A stretch of DNA of 64,000 nt from Andalucia godoyi And28 (Eukaryota; Protista; Jakobida). Where the stretch lies: contig VRVR01000041.1 of the NCBI GenBank assembly GCA_009859145.1, positions 145,566 to 209,565 of the forward strand. Reading direction: 5' to 3'. The notes beneath the pieces were generated by a model. The model saw nothing but the letters and a program-made list of their open reading frames with translations. It was not told the DNA's origin and ran no database searches. Shown piece by piece: positions 10,842 through 19,496 of this stretch; position 1 is the first letter of the stretch, and the number at the start of each line of letters is the position of its first letter. Position numbers and translations under genes: made by a program.

Positions 10842-12671
10842 ATGTCGAAGCGAGAGCGCAAGGAGTCGACAGCGGGTCCTTTTTTGGGAACTGCATACGT
10901 GATGAACAGCCCAAGTCATTTGAAGCGGCACTCTGTGTTTCATGCGCGCGCAAACACGATAAGTGTAGAGTATGCGGTTCAGCAGCGCAAAAAGATCCTG
11001 GTGGACCAAGGAAAACGGCAGTCGATTATTCGAGCTTCAGAGGCATTTGATGTCGATTCATTCCCGGAGGACAGCACTGGATCTGGGTCGACTTCCTATA
11101 CAAATAGTACATTTTCTCCAAATTCGCCGGCGTCATCGTTGTCAACAGTCGGAGGTGATGATTCTGACTCGGACGAAAGCGTGATCGACGCGATTTCTTC
11201 TCCGTCGTCTGCAAAACACGGGCACAGTCATCATGTAGCGCACGGAAAGCACACAAAGAGTCATAGTTTGGTGCTTGTGCAAGGGTCGAATGTGCTGTCG
11301 AACGAAACGGATCTGATAAAGGACTTTACGGATGCGTATGGAGGAGATATGGATACCGACGGACCAGGGTTCCAGGCGCCGCCCATGCTACCGCCGCCAT
11401 TGGTCATGGAGTACGAACCAGACACGGTGCACGAAGTAGACCCGGTGATGATGTGGGACCGTGACTACTCGTTTGAAAATGAGGATGTTTTCAAGACTGG
11501 CTGGCTGGTTAAAGAGGGTCGGATTCACAAGAATTGGAAAAAGAGATGGTTTGTGCTTCAGGGATCGAAGCTGCACTATTTCACCGCAAAAAACAAGAAG
11601 CTCAAGGGAACCTTGGACTTGGAAACGTGTCTCGTCAAGATCGCAAACCGCGAAAAAGACGGCAAAGACAAGGACAGGGATCCAAAGGACAAAGACAAGG
11701 ACAGAGATGCAGAAAAGCTGTTGTTGCAGTTGGTGACAGAAGATCGGCGGCTGTTCTTCTTTGCAGAAACCAACCAAGAGACACAAGCATGGTACATGGC
11801 CATCCAAAACAAGATTGCTGCCATTCAGTACGTCAAGAAGTCCAAGCATCTCAAGATCCCACCGCACGTCCGGATCTCTGCGTTCCTAAACGCCCCCAAA
11901 GCGACCCATCTGAACTTCTCCGAGGAGCCCATTCGAATGGAAGCGGTCGTTGCGTTGTCGCAAATGCTGGCCAACCATCTGACTATCCACACAATTGAGA
12001 TCACGAATGCATGCATGGACTCACTGTGTTTTTCCATTCTGTGCAAAGCACTGCACCAGGCCAGAACGCTCAAAGTTCTCGATGTGTCCCACAACAACAT
12101 TACCGATGTGAGTGAGCTTGGGCAAATGCTGGCAAGCCACAAGACGTTGCAATGCTTGTCGATTCATCACAATCCAATCGGGGATTCAGGTGTCTCGCTG
12201 CTCGTCGAGACGATTGCGGCGCACGATCTGTCGCTGGAGGTGTGCTCCTTCGTTTCTACGCAAACGTCCGACGAAGGTGCCATCGCAATCGCAAAACACA
12301 TGCCCAACTGCAAACGCATCACAGTACTGGCGCTGAAAGGCAACAAGATCGGAGCGACCGGTGCAGCAGCGATCGGGCGCATGCTGTTTGAGGGGAAAAG
12401 TGCTCTGACGGCAGTCGATTTGTCGCACAACAATCTCGGCAACGACGGATGCGTCGCGTTTTGCGAACACGGCCTCGGTCAAACCCGCATCCTTGACCTC
12501 AGTTACAACGACATTGGCTACTCAGGCGCGCACGCCTTGTGCAAGGTGCTTCCCGGCATCAGGACTCTAATGTTTGGCGGTAATCGCATTTCCGAGCAGA
12601 TCGTTCGGGACATTCTTCTTGGCGACCAAGAAGCCCGATGGTCGTTCCCGGATGTCGAGCTTGTTCTGTAG
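10842..12671 (+). CDS. PH domain plus ribonuclease-inhibitor-type LRR protein
   Basis: PH motif KTGWLVKEGRIHKNWKKRWFVLQGSKLHYF...ETQAWYMAI, followed by LRRs (LDVSHNNI, LALKGNKIG, LDLSYNDIG). Confidence 0.85.
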   Translation: MSKRERKESTAGPFLGTAYVMNSPSHLKRHSVFHARANTISVEYAVQQRKKILVDQGKRQSIIRASEAFDVDSFPEDSTGSGSTSYTNSTFSPNSPASSLSTVGGDDSDSDESVIDAISSPSSAKHGHSHHVAHGKHTKSHSLVLVQGSNVLSNETDLIKDFTDAYGGDMDTDGPGFQAPPMLPPPLVMEYEPDTVHEVDPVMMWDRDYSFENEDVFKTGWLVKEGRIHKNWKKRWFVLQGSKLHYFTAKNKKLKGTLDLETCLVKIANREKDGKDKDRDPKDKDKDRDAEKLLLQLVTEDRRLFFFAETNQETQAWYMAIQNKIAAIQYVKKSKHLKIPPHVRISAFLNAPKATHLNFSEEPIRMEAVVALSQMLANHLTIHTIEITNACMDSLCFSILCKALHQARTLKVLDVSHNNITDVSELGQMLASHKTLQCLSIHHNPIGDSGVSLLVETIAAHDLSLEVCSFVSTQTSDEGAIAIAKHMPNCKRITVLALKGNKIGATGAAAIGRMLFEGKSALTAVDLSHNNLGNDGCVAFCEHGLGQTRILDLSYNDIGYSGAHALCKVLPGIRTLMFGGNRISEQIVRDILLGDQEARWSFPDVELVL

Positions 12672-13077
12672 ACAACCGACTTTTGTCCTTCTTGATTCTG
12701 CAATAACGTCGTCCACCCAGTAGTTTTTTTGGATTTATCCGCTGTGCTCTCTACATTTGCACACACACGCACACACACGCACACACACACACACACACTT
12801 ACTCACACTCAAACACGTTCTGTACCTATGTTCATTAGCGAACGGGGAGGCGGCGGAAATGAACAACCCTCCCCGCAATAAAATCACACAATACCATCAT
12901 TAGAAAAAGCATTCAAGCAATGTGCAGGGAGTGATCTCTTTTTTTAATGACTGAAATGCGAAAGTATGATATTATAGATACATGATTTAAACAAAAGCCA
13001 AACAAGCAAAAACAAACCGACAACGACAACAGACACCACAATGACCTCATTAGAACGACCACAGCCGGATTCCACTG

Positions 13078-13380
13078 TTATTGCGGTTGGGATTGTTGTT
13101 GCTGCTGCTGCTGCGCGGCAGACGCAGCGAGTTTCTGTTGTTCCTCGAGATACGCTTTCATGACGCGCTGCTGATGCTTGAAGAACTTCTCAGCGCACAT
13201 TGCCCCACACTGCTTTTCCTCTTGCGAGAGTTTGTTTGTTCGAAAACTCGAAACACACCGTGCAAAACAACGATCCGCAAGCGAATTGAACGATCGCAAT
13301 GACTCGCGAACTTCGAGATTCTGCAAGTGTTCTGCAACTGCTTGTTGCTCGCGTTGAGATTGGAGATATGCAAACTCCAT
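13078..13380 (-). CDS. TIM9: Mitochondrial small Tim chaperone (Tim9)
   Basis: Twin CX3C motif: LADRCFARCVSSFRTNKLSQEEKQCGAMCAEKFFKHQQRV. Confidence 0.85.
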   Translation of the reverse strand: MEFAYLQSQREQQAVAEHLQNLEVRESLRSFNSLADRCFARCVSSFRTNKLSQEEKQCGAMCAEKFFKHQQRVMKAYLEEQQKLAASAAQQQQQQQSQPQ

Positions 13381-13727
13381 CGTGTCACTATTTCCAAAGA
13401 ATGGTGTCTGACGGTTACAGATCAGCGTAAACAGTTCCGTGGAACCCTGAAAATCAAAAACGTCTCGGTGGAAATTCGAGATTAGGAGACCTCTTTTGCC
13501 TTTGTGAACACACTAGGCTTTATGAACCGATCTACGGGATCTACGGGCAACTAAAAGCAAGGGATTTTTCCATCCGATTAGAACTAAGTAAAAAAAGGCA
13601 GCTTCTTGTTTTCCACATTTTTTTTCTTGTTTTATTTGTTCTTATTTCATTTTGATTTCGTTTTCGTTGTCCACTATTCGGGTTGGTTGCGAGTCGTGTT
13701 TCGAATCTGCACGATCGATTCGAAAAG

Positions 13728-13830
13728 CGCCTACATTATACACCGAACATGCATATCTACGAATAGACATGCATATTCAATCCTGCATCGCGTTGTCGGG
13801 AAGGGGATAGGCCCCCCAACACGCCTCACG
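13728..13830 (-). ncRNA. Putative omegaRNA scaffold / right end of the Fanzor-like element (copy A)
   Basis: Overlaps the 3' end of the nuclease frame. Hairpin 13824-13790 (GCGTGTTGGG...CCCGACAACGC) and a 13-bp stem with a UUCG loop at 13776-13747. GCCTA (13812-13808) is complementary to terminal TAGGC (13733-13729). Confidence 0.7.
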
Positions 13831-14190
13831 GCGTTCTTCAGATAGATGTTCTGCGCTCCGTTCCCAATCTCGATCAATCTGCGAGCTACACGCGGGACAT
13901 GCAAACACTTTGCTTCCGCCTCGACGTGCATGGATCTCGCCGCAGCGCCCGCACGGTTTTGACGTTTACTCCTCCGTCACGATGGCAACATGGCGCGCGC
14001 GATACTCGGTCGCCTTATGGAACAAACGTTGCAAAAAGTGAAACCAACGAATGACAGAATAGATGGCTACGGATGTTGCGTTAAAGAGTGTCGAAAATGC
14101 AGGGCCTGTGTCGCAGGCTGAATTCTGGCCGAGCGTGCGGAAGCACGAATTCCTTGTGAAACAAACGTGCTAGTGTCAGCCAGTATTGAC
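13731..14190 (-). pseudogene. TnpB/Fanzor2-like RNA-guided nuclease pseudogene (C-terminal half recognisable)
   Basis: The minus strand from 14046 reads WFHFLQRLFHKATEYRARHVAIVTEE*TSKPCGRCGEIHARRGGSKVFACPACSSQIDRDW, with TAA at 13968-13966 where Y is expected. After one extra G (~13863) it continues NGAQNIYLKN. This gives the RuvC-II Glu, a CxxC...CxxC zinc finger and the RuvC-III DRDxNxAxNI motif. The 5' boundary is uncertain. Confidence 0.88.
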
Positions 14191-14383
14191 TGTGTGTCTG
14201 TTTACGCATACTTCCGCATGCATGACAATGACGTGTTGTTATTCAGCGGTACGATGATGTTTCAATCGGAAAATGGGCTACGTGCGGGAAAGTTGCAGTG
14301 CATCGGCACTTCTTACCAACGACTCTCCAGTGGCGCACAACTTTCGCGAGCTTTTCTGCAGGGAACTATGATGACGCATGCAC

Positions 14384-14511
14384 GTGTGTGCTGAAGGGCC
14401 TGTCCCCCACCCCCCATGGACGATTGATTCGCAGGATCGATTATTCATGCAGCATTGCAATTTGTACCAAAATTAGAAACCAACTAGTATTGATGCAGTG
14501 TTTCGCAGGCG
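14384..14511 (+). mobile_element. Second Fanzor-like right end / omegaRNA-like sequence (copy B), pointing away from copy A
   Basis: Motif order GTGTGCTGAAGGGCCTGTCCCC ... GCAGGATCGA ... long hairpin ... CGCAGGCG matches copy A. About 85% identical over 93 nt (79/93 by hand alignment) to 42718-42806 on the opposite strand. Confidence 0.7.
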
Positions 14512-14648
14512 TATCGACTCTCGAATGACTGGAGTGGGTCATCGTCAACGACATTGTTACGGAGAACATAAAGAAAGGAGGGATAATCTATGACAAGCTA
14601 GTTTATATCAATAGAAGCAACTTGGCTATGTGAACACATGACAGGTTT

Positions 14649-15293
14649 TTAGAAGCCAGAAGCAGTCTCCTTCTTGACCTTCTTGTCGGCAAGTTCAAAG
14701 TGCTTGCAGCGCTTGATGACAACCTGGTGGATCTTCTTGCACGAACCGCACTGGAGCTTAAGGGCAATCTTCTTGGTGGTCTTGGCCTTCTTCTTGAAGA
14801 CGGGCTTGGTCTGTCCACCGAAACCCTTCTGCTTGCGATCATAACGACGCTTACCCTGGGCGGCAACGTGCTCCTTACCTCTCTTGTACTGGACAACCTT
14901 GTGCTCAGTGTGCTTCTTGCACTCGTCAGACGGGCAGAAAGTCTTCTTCTTCTTTGGATACTACGAGTTTCAGAATAACAGAATGAAAAAAGGGAGGAAA
15001 AAACAACAATGACATTAGGATTAGAAATTTCGACACTGCAGAATGAACAACACACAAAAGAAACCACGCCAATCCGCCATCGAGTTTCCCAATCAAATGG
15101 CAACACCATCATCGCAGAAGCCATTCGAAAAAACAAACAGCAACCAGCCACGAATGTATATGTACCGCGCAAGACATCAAAAAAAAAACGGAAGAAGATT
15201 GCAACACGAATGCATCGGGATTCAGCAGAATTGGAGGCTCGACAACGCGACAAGAAATAAAGAGACAGCCAATGAAGGACATACCATAACCAT
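14649..15293 (-). CDS. RPL36A: 60S ribosomal protein eL42 (L36a/L44); exons 15285-15293 and 14649-14960
   Basis: Spliced product MVM|[22 protein letters not shown]...[20 protein letters not shown]...KRCKHFEL. The intron 14961-15284 is GTATGT...TAG. Confidence 0.92.
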
Positions 15294-15473
15294 TTTCGCA
15301 AAGAATACGTGCCTGTGGCGGAAAAGGGTACAGATAACAAGAAAGAAGAGAAAGAGAAGGGAGAAAGAGAGAGAGAAAAAGGAGACGGAAAAAGGAGGAA
15401 AAATTCGAAAGAAAACCATTGATATCACGCATCGTTCACTAAGGACAATCATCTCGATCCAAACAAGTCAAGC

Positions 15474-15498
15474 TAACCCTACCTTCCTGGTAGGGTTT
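15474..15498. promoter_or_regulatory. Inverted telo-box pair upstream of RPL36A / IFT74
   Basis: TAACCCTA at 15474-15481 and TAGGGTTT at 15491-15498. Confidence 0.55.
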
Positions 15499-15828
15499 TT
15501 CCGTTTTTTTTTTGGTGAATCCTTGCATCACCGCAAGGGCATCCTAAATAAATGACTGCTAATTAGCGGTTTCCAGAGGATGACAAATAAACATGACAAA
15601 TAAAAAGACATTTTGCTTCTGGCCTAGAATCAAATTGATACTCGACAGCACGTTAAAAAGAAAAAAAAGGTTTCCCCAATCCAAAAACCCGGATTCCACC
15701 TTTCGTCGGTATTTCAGATGTCTTTTTTGTATTCATTCTACCATTGTTCAATCACTATCGTATATCATTGTTATTATTATTATTCTTTCCATTGCTATTC
15801 TTTTTCTTGGCTAGTGCGTTGTGCGAAT

Positions 15829-17742
15829 ATGAGTCGTCCGCCTACAGGGTTCCGTCCGCCGACGTCCAGTTTAAGAACTGCTGCGGGTCCTCGGCCTTCG
15901 TATTCTCGATCCGGGGTTCCTTCCTCGTATGGACCTCCTCCGGGAACGTCGTCGCAGATGGCTGCTGGTGGAGTTGCGCTTGCCCAGCAGGTAAGGGTTG
16001 CGGACAGACCTGTGACACGCGAGGGAATGCGAGCTGCAACGTCTGCTGGGGCACGGCCGCAGACGGGTCTTAATCTGACTTCGTCTCATGGATCGCGCCG
16101 TGTGGTTCATGATCAGTCCTTTTTCCTGGGCGAGATCCGCACACGGGTGACGGAGATTACGAGGGAGATTGAAGGACTGAGGCTTGAAGACGAGCAGATT
16201 CAGAGGGATAATGCATCATTTGCGCATTTTCAAAAGAGAAATGAACAGCTTGCGACAGATGTGTCGCGATTGAGGGATGAGCTTGCGGACGCGAATATGG
16301 TCATTGAAAAGGCACGGCTTGGTGAGTCGGTGGTTCAGGTTGATGCAGAATGTGCGCAGCAAAAGGCCGTGAATGCGGATTTGAAAAGGCAGCTTGATGC
16401 GTTGTTCACGGATCGCGTCGCCAAGGAGGAGAAGAAGGCCCAGATCTTGGCCCGTATTGAGGCACATGACACTAGGCTTGAGCAGGCGATGCAGGATCCA
16501 GCAAGACGCAGTCTGTACTGGACTTTGAGGCAGGAATCAGAGCGTTTGCTGGCTGAGATTGCCTCAAAGCAGGCAGAAATTAACCTTGTGCACGAACGAA
16601 CGGAGAACTTGTTGGCACAAATGAAGCAGATAGCGCCGAGCCTGGCCAAATCGGCGCAGCTGGATGACGAGAGAAGAGCTCTGGAAGCACGGCTGTCCGA
16701 TCTCGAACATCCAGAGTCGTCCGCCGAAACTTCTTCGGCAGCGTCTGCAGCCAGCAGCTCGGGAATTGCCGGGGATGCATCCGCTGCATCCGGCAATCCA
16801 GCCTCTGAAAAAGAACTGCTGCTGCAGCGTGTGAAGGAAGAAAACAAAAAAGTCCAATTACTGCAATCGGAAATTGCCGAACTTCGCGAGGCAATGGATG
16901 CTTATGAAGCACAGTCTGCCGCAGTTGGCGGGGGGCCTTCATCTCCTTCTCCGTCATTGGCAAAATCCACCGCAGCCGCAAATGCGCAGAAGGACGAAGA
17001 AATGGCGGCGAAGCTCAGGGATGTCCAGGCACGAGATGCCGAAATGACGACATTCTTGGATAATTTCGATTCAGTTATGCAAGCAGAGCGCAAGAAGACG
17101 GACCAGTTCCACGAGACGATTGTCGGAATTCTTGAGCACATTTCGAGGACGCAAGCTCTTGAGCATCAATTGCCGACTTCGCAGCAACACGAAGACATGA
17201 AGGCGGATCTGGCATTCAAGACGCAGCAGAAGGAGTACGCGGAGAATACTGTCGAGAAACTGAACCATGAGCTGGATACTCGCCGAAAGGAGCTTGAAAA
17301 GATGCGATCGCTTGATGAAAAGATTGATAAGGAAGTGGCTTCGCTGAAGGAGCGTATGAGTGTCATGAACGCCGATCTCAAGAGGTTCCAAGACTCTGCA
17401 AAGGTTGCCAAGGAAATGGAGGCGGATGCAAAGGACCTCACCTCCAGACGCGATGGGCTTGTCAGGATGCGCGACTCGCTTCGAAACCGCGTCTCTGCGT
17501 TGTCTGCAGATGTCGAAAATCGCAGACGAGCGCTTGCGAACAATGCCCAGCATGTGGCGCTGGAGGCGCTGGAAGGAAGAATTCGATTCTCTGCGCAGAA
17601 TGTCCATGCGCTCCAGGAATTTGTGGCTGCGAAAGGCGAGGAGATCAACTTTGTTCCAAAGCGCCAACGAGTGCTCCAAGTCGCCGCGGATGTCAATTCG
17701 CGCATCATTGCCGCGCAGACGCAGGGAATTTCTTCGTATTGA
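15829..17742 (+). CDS. IFT74: Intraflagellar transport protein 74
   Basis: Basic low-complexity N-terminus (MSRPPTG...VADRPVTREGM), then HDQSFFLGEIRTRVTEITREI and a long coiled coil. Confidence 0.85.
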   Translation: MSRPPTGFRPPTSSLRTAAGPRPSYSRSGVPSSYGPPPGTSSQMAAGGVALAQQVRVADRPVTREGMRAATSAGARPQTGLNLTSSHGSRRVVHDQSFFLGEIRTRVTEITREIEGLRLEDEQIQRDNASFAHFQKRNEQLATDVSRLRDELADANMVIEKARLGESVVQVDAECAQQKAVNADLKRQLDALFTDRVAKEEKKAQILARIEAHDTRLEQAMQDPARRSLYWTLRQESERLLAEIASKQAEINLVHERTENLLAQMKQIAPSLAKSAQLDDERRALEARLSDLEHPESSAETSSAASAASSSGIAGDASAASGNPASEKELLLQRVKEENKKVQLLQSEIAELREAMDAYEAQSAAVGGGPSSPSPSLAKSTAAANAQKDEEMAAKLRDVQARDAEMTTFLDNFDSVMQAERKKTDQFHETIVGILEHISRTQALEHQLPTSQQHEDMKADLAFKTQQKEYAENTVEKLNHELDTRRKELEKMRSLDEKIDKEVASLKERMSVMNADLKRFQDSAKVAKEMEADAKDLTSRRDGLVRMRDSLRNRVSALSADVENRRRALANNAQHVALEALEGRIRFSAQNVHALQEFVAAKGEEINFVPKRQRVLQVAADVNSRIIAAQTQGISSY

Positions 17743-17988
17743 GAGGATTGATGTTTTTCTTCCCATCCCCTCCTCCATCCTCTCTCCCCGCGTCCTCTGC
17801 TTTTCTTGTACATTTAGGCGCCGAAGTAAAATCAACGAAAACACACACACTCACAGAAATTAACACTCGTTAAACGGCCGAATGCCCCGAGTTAACATGT
17901 ACGCCGTATTCCACCATGAATCTTTATTATGCAGAATTGAATGCTTGTCCTTGCTCTCTTTTGGCAAGCGCGTTCTTTCATCGCATGT

Positions 17989-19002
17989 TCATTGTGTGCT
18001 CTGATTGGCAATCCGACGTTGTTTCCGAATCGCGACACCAGCCACGAAGTGATAGAACATTTGCGTGACAAGCTTTGCAGTTCGATACTCTTCCACCAAA
18101 GGATTGAACTCGCTCATGTCGACGGCCACCACACGAGAATCCTCTCCAGAATTCTTGAGCATCTGACAAGCATCCCACGCAGTCAGCCCGTACGTCGCTG
18201 GCGCAGACACACCAGGACACGACGCGGAAACAATCGAGTCAATGTCGAAAGAGACAAACACACAATCAGAACGCATCGCATCGACAGCTCTAGAAAACGA
18301 CGCCACCGCACTCGACTGAATGTCCCCAAACCAGTACAGCTTTCCGCCCTTGCTGCGCACATAGTCCGTATGTTCTTGAGAGCACTGTGAACCCTGGCAC
18401 GCAAACTCGGCAAACATTGTCCCGTTAAACCTCGGATCTTCCAGCAGCTTCCGGAACGGCGATCCAGAGTGTGCAACGAGGCCATCGGCCCCATGCACAA
18501 GTGCAGGAGGCAGTGTGGCCTTTGCAGCATCCGAGAGCTGGCTGACAGGCTTCAAAGGCCGAACATCCAAATGAGCATCGATGTTCACGACCCCCAACGA
18601 TTGCCTCCGTTCCGTCAGCACATTCAGTACTCCGGCTGCATTTGGATACGACTGATCGTTTCCTCCACCAACGATGAAGGGAATTCCTCCGCGCCGCACA
18701 ATTTGAGTGACCATCTGCTCCAGATGCGCATGGGCTTCTTCGAGAGAGTCTCCCACCACGTCCCCGGCATCGGAAACAGTCGGTCCGTTTGGAGATCTCA
18801 AGTCCAGATTCCACTCGGGATTCACAATCGTCCCTGTGCGACCAAGCATTCTGCGAAACGCCGCAGGGCCGTTCGCAGCTCCAGGTCTGCCATTGTTCCG
18901 GATCACTCCCGCATCTCGAGCAAATCCAATCAACACAATATCGCCTTCCATTCCTGGCGAAATCACTTCTCCCAGTCGCACATCATCGCTATACACCGAC
19001 AT
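17989..19002 (-). CDS. hutG: Formimidoylglutamase (HutG), arginase/ureohydrolase family
   Basis: Motifs GVIRNNGRPGAANGP, GGGNDQSY, NIDAHLDVR, SFDIDSI, PGVSAPA and SEFNP. The first ATG is at 19002. Confidence 0.8.
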   Translation of the reverse strand: MSVYSDDVRLGEVISPGMEGDIVLIGFARDAGVIRNNGRPGAANGPAAFRRMLGRTGTIVNPEWNLDLRSPNGPTVSDAGDVVGDSLEEAHAHLEQMVTQIVRRGGIPFIVGGGNDQSYPNAAGVLNVLTERRQSLGVVNIDAHLDVRPLKPVSQLSDAAKATLPPALVHGADGLVAHSGSPFRKLLEDPRFNGTMFAEFACQGSQCSQEHTDYVRSKGGKLYWFGDIQSSAVASFSRAVDAMRSDCVFVSFDIDSIVSASCPGVSAPATYGLTAWDACQMLKNSGEDSRVVAVDMSEFNPLVEEYRTAKLVTQMFYHFVAGVAIRKQRRIANQSTQ

Positions 19003-19358
19003 TTCCCACGTTCTCAACTAAAATGAATCCAGCCCAGCGTATGCACTGCTCATTGCTGCTGTTGGCTCCATGGAATACACAAAAAACAACAAAAAAACAA
19101 AGCGCAGAAGACGATGCGGCCTGTGCACTACCGGGCACTTTGCGAGAGAACAGCCTCTTTCCTTGTTCTCATGCGTCAGCTTCTACAGTTGAAGAACGGC
19201 GCAGACGACAAACCGGCGACACACGATGCACGCTGCATGACGTCCAAGACTGCGCATCTCACACAATTTCATTATCATTCGGAAGTGCATTTACATGGGG
19301 AAAGGAGGGGGGTGGGGGGGGAATTAAAATTAAAATAAAATAAAATAAAATAAAATAA

Positions 19359-19397
<39 letters not shown>

Positions 19398-19496
19398 AAG
19401 AATTGTGCAGTTACGCTGCACGACCTCGCAAGCTTGAAAGTCATGAAGAGATTCGCATTCGTGAGGTGGTTCCACATTCTTTCTATGCTGGTGCGC

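Noticed and set aside
12843-12875. Perfect 8-bp inverted repeat CGGGGAGG/CCTCCCCG, considered as a SECIS or terminator
   Set aside because: It lacks the SECIS AUGA/GA quartet geometry, no in-frame UGA gene is nearby, and an 8-bp stem can arise by chance.
14790-14830. Cycloheximide-resistance allele of eL42
   Set aside because: The sequence is GGQTKPVF with Pro retained, i.e. the ordinary sensitive form.
15060-15125. C/D snoRNA in the RPL36A intron (CGATGATGG...)
   Set aside because: The C box is imperfect, there is no D box (CTGA) at a suitable distance, and no rRNA complement was recognised.
19114-19338. Small ORF containing NGA and TSKT, considered as another TnpB relic
   Set aside because: The motifs are in the wrong order, and there is no zinc-finger cysteine pair or right-end motif.
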